Source of the DNA: Camelus dromedarius
Lineage: Eukaryota
Direction: 5' to 3'
DNA length: 64,000 bases
NCBI RefSeq assembly: GCF_036321535.1
Contig: NC_087436.1
Span: 14,322,001-14,386,000, forward strand
The stretch's first letter is position 1. Each line of letters starts with the position of its first letter. The notes below the pieces were generated by a model. It was given only the letters and a program-made list of their open reading frames with translations. It ran no database searches and was not told the origin of the DNA. A program made the translations under genes and the position numbers. Below, in pieces: positions 26,822 to 38,742 of the stretch.

Positions 26822-26992
26822 GTAAGCATTTCTCCTGGAAGCTTTAGTTACTGTATTTTCAGAAACATGCTTCCATTATTTTCATTATTATTATTAAAAG
26901 CACAACCAATTAGTATAAATATTATTTTTGATATTCAATTGACATATCATTAAAATTGCTGGATTTCTTTTTTTCTCTTTTAACACTTAAAG

Positions 26993-27536
26993 AGACGGGA
27001 TATATACTGTCAAGTCCTAGAGGAATTCTACCATTTCTTCTCCGCCCTGAAGAGACTTGGAAATTAATGGGTAACATTTTGCGTGAAATTACTGGATGCT
27101 TTTCTTCTTATCTCTGAGGCCTTCTGTGGAGAATTAATAGGAGGTTGAATGCACGCATGGATAAAATGGATCATCTTAAAGGATTGAAGTTCCAAAAATA
27201 CATCAGCAGGACTGGACAGGTTTGACATAATGAGGTTTCTATTTTAGCTTGACTTCTGGAACTCTGAATAAACTATAAACCGAGCTACACAAGGTCCTGG
27301 AGAGGAAGTTTCTCTTCTAAAATATTCTGCCTGCATCTAACCTTTTTCTTATTCAGATCCTTTGAAAAAATATATTTACTCATCCATTTCCTGAAGAATA
27401 AGGCAATTAGACACTTACAAACTTGTAATATATGAAGTAAGATAGAAAGCAGCAAGTTGTATCATACTGGCAAAGAAGTTTAGTTAAAGAAACAGACCCA
27501 GAGAGAGGAGAAATCTCTGCATAAGCACAGGGTGAG
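26993..27536 (+). other. TIGD4: TIGD4 terminal-exon 5' UTR (from the distal acceptor)
   Basis: Long pyrimidine tract ttttttctcttttaacacttaaag ending at 26992, upstream of the intronless CDS. Confidence 0.6.
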
Positions 27537-29075
27537 ATGGCTGAAGCATCTGTGGATGCCACAACTCTGCCTGTAACCGGGAAGAAAAAGAAAAGTCTAT
27601 CCATTGAAGAAAAGATCGATATCATAAATGCAGTAGAAAGCGGCAAGAAAAAAGCAGAGATTGCAGCTGAATATGGAATAAAGAAAAATTCATTGTCTTC
27701 TATTATGAAGAATAAAGACAAAGTTCTAGAAGCCTTTGAATCTCTGAGGTTTGATCCAAAGAGAAAAAGACTGAGAACTGCTTTTTACACAGATCTGGAA
27801 GAGGCATTAATGAGGTGGTATCGAATTGCTCAGTGTCTGAATGTACCAGTTAATGGTCCAATGTTGCGTCTAAAGGCTAATGATTTTGCCCAGAAACTGG
27901 GACATAATGATTTCAAGTGCAGTAACGGTTGGTTGGATCGCTTTAAATCCAGGTACGGTTTAGTGTTCAGAGCTCAACCTGCCGAAGCTACTGGTGTATC
28001 AGTAGACCCTTCAACTGTCTGGCACCAAAACATACTTCCTTATTATTTAAATGATTATCATCCTAAAAATGTTTTTAATGTAAAAGAGACTGCGCTGCTT
28101 TATCGAATGTTACCTACAAAAACATTTGCATTTAAAGGGGAAACTTGCTCTATTGGAAAGTTATGCAAAGACAGAATAACTCTGGTGGTTGGGACAAACA
28201 TGGACGGCTCAGAGAAACTTCCTTTGCTTGTCATTGGAAAAAACAAAAATCCACATTGTTTCAAAGGCATAAAGTCCTTGCCTGTGTATTATGAAGCTAA
28301 CAAAATGGCATGGATGACCTCAGATGTATTTGAACAATGGATGCGGAAGCTTGATGAGAAATTTCAAGCTGAGCATAGAAGAGTGGTGATTTTTGTCGAA
28401 TCTTTTCCAGCACACCCAGAGGTAAAAAACCTAAAGTCCATCGAGTTAGCGTTTTTTCCATCATGTTTATCTTCCAAATTTATAGCTATGAAACAAGGTG
28501 TCATTAAAAGCCTTAAAATCAAGTACCGACACTGTCTTATTAAGAAATTTTTAAGCTCTGTTGAAGGCAGCAAAGAATTTACCTTCTCCCTGCTAGATGC
28601 AGTTGACACATTGCATCTCTGCTGGAGGGCTGTAACCCCACAGACTATTGTGAAGAGCTATGAAGAGGCAGGGTTCAAATCGCAACAGGAAGAAAGCGAC
28701 AAGACAGATGCAGAGACGGACACTGGTCTTGATTTGGTTGCCCCCGCCCAGGCGGCAGGAGTGGAATTTCCTGAAGGCTTATCGATCGAAGAGTATGCTG
28801 CCCTGGATGATGATTTAGAGACATGTGACGCAGCACCCAGTGGTGATGCTGAATGGACCAAAGAAAGTAAACCAGATGAAACTGGATTTTATACTTCTGA
28901 CGAAGAGGATGAAGGTGGATCTCTGGGAACCGAACTCCCTTTACCGTCCAAAAATGAGGCAATAACTGCTTTAGATACTCTGAAAAGTTTTCTTAGAAGT
29001 CAAGATATGAATGATGGGCTTCATAATTCTTTAGCAGACATTGAAATTTTTGTTAACTCTTTATCATCTAAGTAA
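27537..29075 (+). CDS. TIGD4: Tigger transposable element-derived protein 4 (domesticated pogo/CENP-B-like transposase), intronless CDS
   Basis: 512-aa ORF with an N-terminal psq-type HTH ([15 protein letters not shown]...), a CENP-B-type HTH ([10 protein letters not shown]...[16 protein letters not shown]), a DDE_1-like domain ([39 protein letters not shown]) and an acidic C-terminus. The start context is GAGATGG. I recognise the sequence as mammalian TIGD4. Confidence 0.95.
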   Translation: MAEASVDATTLPVTGKKKKSLSIEEKIDIINAVESGKKKAEIAAEYGIKKNSLSSIMKNKDKVLEAFESLRFDPKRKRLRTAFYTDLEEALMRWYRIAQCLNVPVNGPMLRLKANDFAQKLGHNDFKCSNGWLDRFKSRYGLVFRAQPAEATGVSVDPSTVWHQNILPYYLNDYHPKNVFNVKETALLYRMLPTKTFAFKGETCSIGKLCKDRITLVVGTNMDGSEKLPLLVIGKNKNPHCFKGIKSLPVYYEANKMAWMTSDVFEQWMRKLDEKFQAEHRRVVIFVESFPAHPEVKNLKSIELAFFPSCLSSKFIAMKQGVIKSLKIKYRHCLIKKFLSSVEGSKEFTFSLLDAVDTLHLCWRAVTPQTIVKSYEEAGFKSQQEESDKTDAETDTGLDLVAPAQAAGVEFPEGLSIEEYAALDDDLETCDAAPSGDAEWTKESKPDETGFYTSDEEDEGGSLGTELPLPSKNEAITALDTLKSFLRSQDMNDGLHNSLADIEIFVNSLSSK

Positions 29076-29372
29076 TTATTTATTGTGCAACATCTGAAGA
29101 GTGATAGCTTTTTCTAATGTATTTTACTATATTAGGTGGTTAAAAGGAAAATATCACTTAAACATAAAAAATGAAAAGCTAGAATCTTTGGTTTAATTGC
29201 AAATGTCTTTAGTCTCTAGGTAGATTAAATTAAATTAAATGCAAAGTCCTCTACGTCGATTAAATAATGAGTAAGTCAATGAAAAATATAAATTTCAACT
29301 TAAGAAGGTTTTAGGGAGTAGAAAATGGATTTCATAGGCTTTGTACTTAAAATACATGACATATATGTCGAA

Positions 29373-29651
29373 AATAAAAAGAACTCTCCAGCTATTTGAG
29401 TCATGCTGGTTGAATTGGTGATTGCTAATTTCTGTTTTTGTTTTTTTTTTTAAGTTCAGATCATGTTCTAGAATATTTTAATTTATCTACCTCATCTAAG
29501 AAACAAAATATCTATTGCTTAGATGTTTATTTTTATAAACGTATATACTCTAACTATACTCTTAAGTATCAAGTGTTAAGTTTAAATTACTTTTTTTCTC
29601 ATTACTAGCTAATCTTCCTAATAAAAATTATGAAAAACTACTGAAAATAAA
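29373..29651 (+). terminator. Candidate TIGD4 polyadenylation signals
   Basis: AATAAA at 29373-29378, 29620-29625 and 29646-29651 in the AT-rich 3' UTR. The sequence alone does not show which is used. Confidence 0.45.
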
Positions 29652-32607
29652 ATCTGACCCAGTTATACACCAAAATGATTAAAAATATATGTCTAACTTT
29701 TACATTATTTCTATATAAGGTCAAGAGAGACTATGACCTTGTCAGATTTTCAAATTATCTATAACCAGAAGATGATATGGATTCTTCCTATTTGTATGTA
29801 TATGTGTGTGTTTAATAGAAAAGTACACAACTGAAACATTTTTAAACTCTGATATTTATTTTTAATAAGATTGCTCTTAAAAAGTAAATATGAAAATACA
29901 TATGCAGTTACTTAAGAAAGTATGTGGTTCTTAGTTAGTTTTATTTTAACAGCTGAAACTTTTAATCAATAACATAGAATTATTTTTTGATTTTACTGAA
30001 TTTTATTTTCAGGAAAAATTGTTCTTTCAGCATATTTTGATGTATTTAATTTTTTAAAAAATTCAGTGGGTAACATTTTAGATTAAATTTCTGTTTGAGG
30101 AAGTTTTGTCTACAGAATGTTTTAAAATGTTGTGTGAAATTATTTACACTCCATCCATAAAACAGTCTTTAACCAGTAGAAGAATATAACAATGTGTCAG
30201 ATTTTTCTGGTGTTAAATTTTAAATACTATGTTTATTTAACTTAATACATCTAATTTAGTGTTCCCTTTGAAAAGTATTTTGAAAAAATGTAAAACATTA
30301 ATACAGATTATTTTTATTCTGAATTATTATTAGTCTACAACACAAGACACATTTGGAAGGAAATATTTATAGAAAGTATTTTTATTTTCCACTAATTTAG
30401 TTTGCCTTTGAGCTTTAGTAATACTAGGCCTTAAAAATGTATTAAAATTAAAAAAGTTTCTTTTAGAGTGAAATACAGATTACTTAACTTTAATTAAAAG
30501 TATTTTTATTAATGATTTGATTTAAAATTTCAGTGTGGTATAATCATGAACTTAAATCATCCTTGATCTCTCTTAAAAAGCCCAACTTGTAACTAAAGTA
30601 CCTGGCGTACATTGAGCCCTCAATAATTCTTTTCTCTTTCTTTCTCCACCATTTTGATATAGAATATTTTTATTTAATCATTCCAGATACTCTATGACAT
30701 AAGAATTGTGATCTCCAATTTTACAGATGAGGAAATTAAAACCTAGAAAGATGATTTGGTTAAAATTTCAGGGCCAGAACTAAAATGCAGTTGTTCCCTG
30801 TCACCTAGCCCTGTGTTCCTCTAACTACATACTATAATACTTCTTCTCTATACTCTGTAAAAGAAAATTCTGTTGTTTCTTTCCCTTGAGTTTAGGGCCT
30901 GAGGTCAGAGTATTTTAAGAGAATATCCTGGCTCTATGCTGATAGCTGTATTCATAACATCTCTCCTGAGAACATTGTTGCTAACGAAATACTGGGACCT
31001 TCTGACTGGGTAATTCTGTACTGCTTTAACACAGAGGTTCCAGGTTCCACAGAGTTCTAGTGCAAATGTTCAAAACAACTTTAATATTCCCAAAGTGTTG
31101 AAAGTACTGCTTTTTTCCTCTCTATATGACAGGATCCATTTTTCACTTCTGGGGCATAATAAATCTAAAGATGATAAAATAAGACAAGTCTCCTGTAAAG
31201 AATAAGAAAAAAATGCCTGCAGATTTAAGTTGAAAAATAAACTGTTAATGTGCATTCTTCTGTGTAGTTTCCAAGATACATAGATTTAAATCATTTTCAG
31301 AACAAAAATTTTTAATTCATTTTTCCTAAAGCAATCACCACTGCATACCTCCCTCCTGATTTGTCGTCTCTGAACACAGTCAATACAAGTATCACTTGTC
31401 TTTTTGAAAAAAGAACTTCTTACAATTAACTTGTTTTTCAATTAAATGTGGCATTATTTTCATTATCTTGCCTTATAAATTCCTACTGTTTCAACTATGT
31501 TTTTGCTTCTTTCTGCTTCACCAAGCAACAAATTCTACACTGAGTTTTGGACATTGTTTCACTCCACTAGTGAAAGGTTTGGTTCAGGATAAAGTAGGAC
31601 AATGAGTAAGTCAAAGCCTGTGGGTTTCATTACCTGCCTGGCTCCTCATTTGAACCTAAGATCAAATGTTAAACCTCACTTTAAGTGTATACAAAGCAGA
31701 ATAATTGGGAGGGAAAGGAAAGTAGGAGAGGAGGAGTTGAAGGAGAGCTTTCCAGGCAAACCCCTCAGATGTCAAGAGAGGCCTTTTCAATCACTGGCCC
31801 AGCAGGGGCTCGGAGGAGACTGGCTGAGAGAGGTTTGCCCCTAGGAAAGGCAGCACCACACGTCTGCCCGCAGGTTCCGAGTCCAGTGGTGGCTGGATAC
31901 TGGGCGGCACCAGAAGCTACCTGAGCGAAGTACAAGGTATAAGGCAGCCACGCAGCTACCCCAGTGCGGAGAGGAGATCCTAGGAGAGAAAGGCCTGGGT
32001 TAGGGGCCATAATATGCATACAATGAAGTTCTCAGAAAAAAATTCATTTGATGGAGTAAATTAAATCTAGCCCTGGTTCTGCGCTACCTTGCAAAAGGCA
32101 TTTCATTTCTCTGAATCTCAGCTTCCATAAAATGAGACTGACACTTCATTTGAATTTATTTTGAGGATGAAAGAAAAATTTGCATGTGAATGCAGTTAGC
32201 ACACTCTCAAGTGTTCCACAACTGTAAGGAATGATTAGGAAGGTCCCTCTGAGTCACCACTCCCAGATATGCTCGTGTATCAACATCGTGGGTGGTAAAC
32301 ACCAATGACAATTTTCTCATAGAGATTCTTCTATGCAATAAAATAGGGAAGCCAACGTTTCTAAAATTACACAATTTATCTGTAGAATTAATTTTCCTTT
32401 TGAATGAGAGAATAAGGCGACTTAGAAACCTTCCTTTTTCCTAAATTGATCCTCATAGAAAGCAATTCAGTAAAATAAGTACTCATAACCAAGTAGCCCT
32501 TTCTGTCACCACATTAGCTGATTCAGTTGTGCTATTTCCTTGGGCTGTGATTAACTTGTGTAGCTGGGGGTAACCCCGAGTCCAGGGGAAGACTGAGACG
32601 CACACTA

Positions 32608-32985
32608 CTATTGTAGTCTGCTGGGGCTGCCATAACAAAATACCGTTGACTGTGTGGCTTAAACAACAGAAATTCATTCTGCTGAATTTGAGCCTCGAAA
32701 TCAGGGTGCCAACATGGTCAATTTATGGTGAGGGCTCTCGCAAACAGTCACCTTCTTTCTGATGCTCACATGACCTCCTCTTTGTACCAGCACAGGGACA
32801 GAGAGAGAGCAAGCACTAGCTCTCCAGTGTCTCTTCTTATAAGAGTTCTGTCCCATCATAAGGGCCCCTCTTCATAACCTCATCTAATCCTAATTACCTC
32901 TACAAAGCCCCATCTCCAAATACCATCGCACTGGGGGGTTAGGGCTTCAACTATGAGTTTTGAGTCATTCATTCAGTCCATAACA
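32608..32985 (-). mobile_element. MLT1 (MaLR) solo LTR
   Basis: gggctgccataacaaaatacc...ggcttaaacaacagaaattcatt...attcagtccataaca. Confidence 0.8.
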
Positions 32986-33008
32986 ACCACCTAGTACAGA
33001 TAAAGGTA

Positions 33009-33210
33009 CAGTTGACCCTTGAAAAACACAGGTTTGAACTGCAAGGATCCACTAAGATACGGATTTCTTTCACTGAATACATACTACAGGACTACACTTG
33101 TCCTCGGTTGAATGCAGGGATACAGAGGACTGACTGTACAGTTATATGCATATTTTCAATTTCGTGGAGAGTCAGTGCCCCTGACCTCCAAGTTGTTCAA
33201 GGGTTAACTG
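33009..33210 (+). mobile_element. MER8/Tigger2-type MITE
   Basis: TIRs CAGTTGACCCTTGAAAAAC / GTTGTTCAAGGGTTAACTG with TA on both flanks. Confidence 0.85.
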
Positions 33211-33319
33211 TATTCGCATATTAATCAATTTAGTTTTCAATCTGCTGTAAATCAAAAGGGCATTCATATTTCAGAACTCGTTAATTAGCTGTAGCTATTG
33301 GCAAAGACTTTGAAGTTTA

Positions 33320-34135
33320 TGAAACTTTAAAAAGAATTGGGGACATATTTCATGTCCTTGAACAAATGGGAAGAATCAATATTGAAATATGTCTGTTTCC
33401 TCTAAGTTAATTTCAGTCAAAAATCCCAATGCAGTTTTGTTGAAAATTTTGTAAGATAATTCTGATTTTTGTCTGGAAGAATAAATATGTATCAATATCT
33501 AGGAAATTTGTGAAAAATAAAAATAGTGTTTGACCTACACCAGAAGCTTAAACAATATGGGGTGGGCAAGAGAAACAATAGGTCAATCAAAGGAATAATA
33601 TATGATGTCTGGAAAAAGATAATTTGCGTATGATAAAAATGGTTTTTAATCAGTGGTGAAAAAGATGGATTATTCGGTAACTGGTATTGGGGAAACTGGC
33701 TAACAATATAGGATTCTTTAAATGATATGTTAGAATAATCTAGAAGGATTAAGCTCTTAAAAGGAAGGAAGAAAGGAAAGAAAGAAAAAAAGGAAGAAAG
33801 GAAAGACAGGAGAAGAGGAAAAAGAACAGAAAGGAAGAGAGGAAAAAAAGGAAAGAAACTTGCAAATACAGGGGAAACTATAGGTAAATGTAAATTTTTT
33901 TTATATTTTAATAGAGAAGGTCTTTGAAAAGTATGACATTCAAAAAACATGGAGTATTGAAATACTAATAAAGCATGAAAATATTTTCAATATCACTAAA
34001 AGAAATGCAAGCAAAAATGGGATATCTTTCAGGGGAGGGTCTATTAGACAAGATTATAAACAATAGTTATACCAAATGTAGGTAAGAGCATAAAAAATGA
34101 GTGCACTGTTGTCAGAAATATAAATTGGTACACTC
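33320..34135 (+). mobile_element. Highly decayed L1ME-type fragment containing a GA-rich tract (about 33760-33855)
   Basis: catgtccttgaacaaatgggaagaatcaatattgaaat...ggggaaactggctaac...aaagaaatgcaa. Confidence 0.6.
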
Positions 34136-34407
34136 TTATTATAATTATAGCTGACATGTATTAAATGCTTACTAATTACCCAACTGTTCTGAATGTTTTT
34201 CTTGTGTTCCCTCACTCCATCCTCAGAATAACTGCAACTAGTATCATTCCCATTTTACTGCTGAGAAAATTTAAATATAGCTACAGTTAATAAACAGTAA
34301 CAGAACGAGGACTCAAACCCAGAAAATCTGAATGAGAAATATGTTGTACGTAATATAAATTTCTCCTAATGAAACAAAGATATTAAAGATATTTGTTGCA
34401 GTGAATA

Positions 34408-34741
34408 CAGGTCCATAGTTCCCTATCCAAAACCATGGGGGGATATATGTTTCAGAAGTCAGAATTTTTCAGTTTTGAAAAAGTTAAAACATGGATATAC
34501 TCCATATTACATGACACCCCTGGGAATACTAGAGCAGATCCCACAATCAGACATTAATAATTTCGCAGTGAAACACGTTCACATGAAGTCAGATATGTAA
34601 GGAGTATAAATAACTTAATAGCCGCATAGTTTGTTTTTGCCAAAAAAGTTCAAGTCAGGTCAGCTTTTTACCACCATGTAGGTTATAAAAAGGTTTTCAG
34701 AGCTTTTTGTTTTGGAATGCTGATAACAAATTGCAGTCCTA
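34408..34741 (+). mobile_element. Tigger-family (TcMar) MITE
   Basis: ta|caggtccatagttccctatccaaaacc at the left end, with a degenerate matching right end ttgcagtccta|ta. Confidence 0.55.
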
Positions 34742-36934
34742 TAATAGCTTAAAACAATGAAAGACTGGAAACTATTTAAATGTTTTTTAATAGATAATTG
34801 ATTAAGTATATGTTTATAGTGAATAAAACATCAAGGTCAAAACTTTTTAACTTTTTACTTGAGTGTATATGCAAATTTCCTTGCCTGAACTGAAGTGAAT
34901 TTTTTCTAACTTTGATCTGCAAATTCTGAAACTAACATCTCCTTCTGATTCTCCCTGTTAAACATCTTCCTGTTTAGGAAATTCCTGGCCAAATAAAACA
35001 GAAACTATACACAGTATTGGATTGGTGAAAACTTGCTGGTTTAATGCAGTATAAATTACATGTTCATCTTCATACGTTAGCCTAATTTAAGTCTAAAGAA
35101 GTCAGCCTCCTTGATTGGAGAATCTTAGCCAACGTGTCAGGCAGAAAAGCCAGCAGAATAGGGGCCCCCTTTCACTCCACTTTTACTTATTTTTTCTGAG
35201 TCATCAAATCCCAACAAGATCATGACTCTTTTTTTAAGTTAGACTGTTAGACAATCCCTTTATATCTCCCCAGTAGTATGTATTAAACATCAGCAGCTTG
35301 TTAATATGATTAAATATTTGCTCAGTTGGAGAATTCAATGAGGGTACAGACAGTCTTGTTTCCTGCATTAGGAATAAAGACCAGGCTTTATTTTGTTTTG
35401 TTTTCCCCTAACTTCCTCTTTGTACACCACTAAACTCTCCTGTTGTCAATGCAAAGTCACACCAGCGTTGTTGGCTGGTGCCACACCTTCTTTTCTGTAT
35501 TGCAAAACAGACAACTCAGCACGGAGATAAGAGTCATTTTCATGTTACTGCCTGCCCCACGAGCAACCACTCCCCAGAAAAGATCCAGAATTGCATCTCT
35601 CAACACTTGGAGTGGTTCGCAGAGAGGTATTTGCCCCACGCCTATAGTCTAAGTATCCAGGGGAACTTCATACTGTTCATGCAATGAACAGTAAGTTACC
35701 AGATTAAATTAGACATCATAAATTAGTTACCAAAAAGAAAGAAACCAAAATAATAATTAACTTGGTAAAAGAAGACTCACGTACAATATCACGAGAGAAT
35801 AATCATTAATTTGACATTAATTTGAAATTAAATAATTTTTAATGTAAAAGTATGGGAAAGTATATACAATGCAAATATGTATCTACCAATTTATATATCA
35901 TGATGTTTGCTTCAGATTACCATATATAATCCTTTATTTTCTTAATTTATTCCTAAGTGTTTTATAGTTTAGTTGCTACTGTGAATGTAATATCTTCTCT
36001 TTTCAATTTTCTGATTATTATTAGTATAGGGAATAGTGAATGATGTTTGATTATTTGTTTCATACCTAGTCACATCACCAAAGTTTCTTATTACTTCAAG
36101 TATGTTTTCAAGTCAACTCATTTCATTATCATTTAAAATTGAGATCACTTAATCTCTTTCTCTTATTTATACTAATTTGATTTTTCTTGTCCCTACCTAA
36201 AGGCCATGTAATTTTCCTCTGTATTTTCTTCTAGTAGATTACAAGCTTTGTTTCTGTATTTAGATTTATTTTGTGTGTGATAGAGGCAAGGATATAATCT
36301 TGTTTTTCCTAATGGGAAAGTTATCACCACAAATTGACTAGTTTACTCTTTTGTAACATCTTTTCTATTTATAATAATTTCCTGCACTGGCACTGAGATG
36401 TCATGCGGGGAATGTATATTTATATACATATAAATAATATGTGTATATGTATAATATATGTATATATATAAATATATATAAATCCTACAAAGTCTGAGTA
36501 ATTTCTAAGGAGAAATTAAATTTTAAACCAGAAGACAGTTAATATTTAAGTGGAAAGCTTGTTCGTTGTTTTTCTGCTACCTAATGGAAAGGGGTTTTGT
36601 GGGCAATTAGAGTTTAATTTTTTAAGTGTATTTTTGCATTTCTGAACAGTAGTTGCAAAATTTAAGTCTACTACAAGGCTAATAACCTTTTGCAACAGCT
36701 ACTTATACTTAGGCTGTGGAATTTCAACTTTGAATCTCTTTTCCCCCTAAATTTGATCATTATCTGCCATGTTCAATTATTCTGTTAGATAAATCATACA
36801 AAATCCTAGGAAGTCCAGATTGATATTGCCTAATTTATTTAGTTACTCAGAGTTTTCCATATAGAATTGATTCAAGCCTAGTGACCCAAAGATTATAGAG
36901 AGGAAAAAAAATGACTATTCCACAAGAGACTATC

Positions 36935-37350
36935 ATGCTTATTATGCTAGGCGCTGAGGCGTTAACAGTGAAAGTGACAAAAACCCGTCATTGTGGAATT
37001 GGCCGTCTAATGGGAGAGACAGATGGTACTGAATAATGACATAGGCAAATATAAAATTGCAACTGTACTAAATACTGAAGGAGTAGTATGCTTCTATAAA
37101 ATGATATAATATGGGAATCTGTCCTAGTCTCAAGGTCAGGAAGGAAGTCACTGAGAAGTGTCAGGAGCTGAGACTTGAGATTTGACTGATACATAAAGGT
37201 CAACCAGGCAAAGGAGATGAAAGGAGAAAGACATTCTGGGCAAACAAACACCCTGGGAGGGAAGGAGCCTGAATGGGTTAAGGAACTGGAAGAAAGCATC
37301 TCAAGTGAAGAAAAGTGTGGCAAGGCAGGTAGAGGCCATGCTTTGCAGGA
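36935..37350 (-). mobile_element. L2 LINE fragment
   Basis: tatgctaggcgctgagg...aaggtcaggaaggaagtcactgagaagtg...gaaagacattctgggca. Confidence 0.65.
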
Positions 37351-38653
37351 ACTGGCCTACAGTCAGGCCTGGGTCAGCATTAACTCTCTTCTTTATAGGA
37401 AAAAATGCAGGAGGAAAAGAAGTCTTCCCTTCTTTGCTTTCCAAAGCCTGAACCGTACAGAATAATGAGACTTGGAACATGGGAAGAACATTAAAGAGAA
37501 AGGATATGAGGAAAGTGGAGTCTCCTCTCAAGATGAAAAAAGACTCCCTCCAGGTGTGGGGAGGAGAGAGAGGCCCTGAGAGCCACACAAGAGTGAGGAA
37601 GAGTGCAGCTAAGGCCATGGAGAGGGACACTGTCTGGAGGTCTTGGGACTGTGGGAGCTGAGTTGGCTCTGCAGATACCCAGTGCCCACTGGAATCGGCC
37701 ATGTCCGTTGCCTGGGCCTGGGCTCTGCAGCAGTGACCCTCTCTCCTCACAGCATGCCGGGGAAGTCTTCCTTGGACGGTAGCCAGCACTTTGCTTGATG
37801 ACCACCTTGTGGAAATGATTCCAGACTTAGCCCCAAGACCATGGTAGGTCTTGTCAACTTCCCTATGTGACCAACTTACCTTTCAGCTGCCCAAGGGGAG
37901 GGCGGGTGGATCTTGGACACCTCTGAGATAGCGAGGGTGAGAAAGAGAAATTTTCCCGTTCCTGAACTTGGAATAGGACCTAAAGTGAACTCATTTGAGA
38001 CACCTGTAAACTGTTCCCTGCTCCTCCCAGAACGCTTTCCCACAGCGGTGAAACCATTTCCTTTATGCTGATAAAAAAGATCACCTGGGAGAAAAGAGCA
38101 TGTATATGGAACAAACAGACAAGGCCGTACTCTAAGACATCTTTACAAAAACAATAGATTTCAACGGTCTCATATGAACATTCTTAATTCCCTATCTACC
38201 ACTTCTCTGTAAATATTATGACTGTTGTGCGTAACAAGGAAGCACAGGTTGAACAGTAACCAGGGTTCTGATTCTGTTTGGAGGTGTGGTTTTTCCAGAT
38301 AGGCTTGAATTATGTTAGACCAATGCTCTCAAATGGCCTCATTGAAAATTAACTTCTTGCTTGGAATGAAACATTTTTGATGCTTTTGGAAAAGAAGTAA
38401 ATAATCCATGTGAAAGCTATGGATTTCAAGTTCCAAGCTGCAAAAGGAAGATTTGAAAAGGAAATGATTTGAAGAGAAAAAAAAAATGACAAAAGGCAAA
38501 AGTAATGTTTAAAGAACAAATGATTCTCTATTAAATGATTTCCTCTTTTTTTTTTTTCCTTCTCTAGTGTAGTAACAAGATGTGTTGTCCCATATAACTG
38601 GCTGGGGCTCAGGTGTCCTTGAGAAGGAAGAATGAAATACCTTACAGGGTGGA

Positions 38654-38742
38654 GGGAAGGTATAGCTCAGTGGTAGAGCATGTGCTTAGCATGCATGTAG
38701 TCTTGGGTTCAATCCCCAGTACCTCCATTAAAAAAAAAAAAA
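38654..38742 (+). mobile_element. tRNA-derived SINE (camelid Vic-1-like)
   Basis: A box tagctcagtggtag, B box gggttcaatcccc, then agtacctccatt and a poly(A) tail. Confidence 0.85.

Noticed and set aside
27407..28962. Antisense ORFs overlapping TIGD4
   Set aside because: These are shadow ORFs of the coding strand with no independent evidence.
27537..29075. Active autonomous Tigger transposon
   Set aside because: No flanking TIRs or TA TSDs, a degenerate catalytic triad, and a host-type promoter and intron indicate a domesticated gene.
33492..33950. 152-aa hydrophobic ORF
   Set aside because: It is the antisense translation of a GA-rich low-complexity tract within a decayed L1.
38654..38730. 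tRNA gene (A and B boxes present)
   Set aside because: It has a poly(A) tail, occurs as several diverged copies in the window and has TSDs at other copies, so it is a tRNA-derived SINE.
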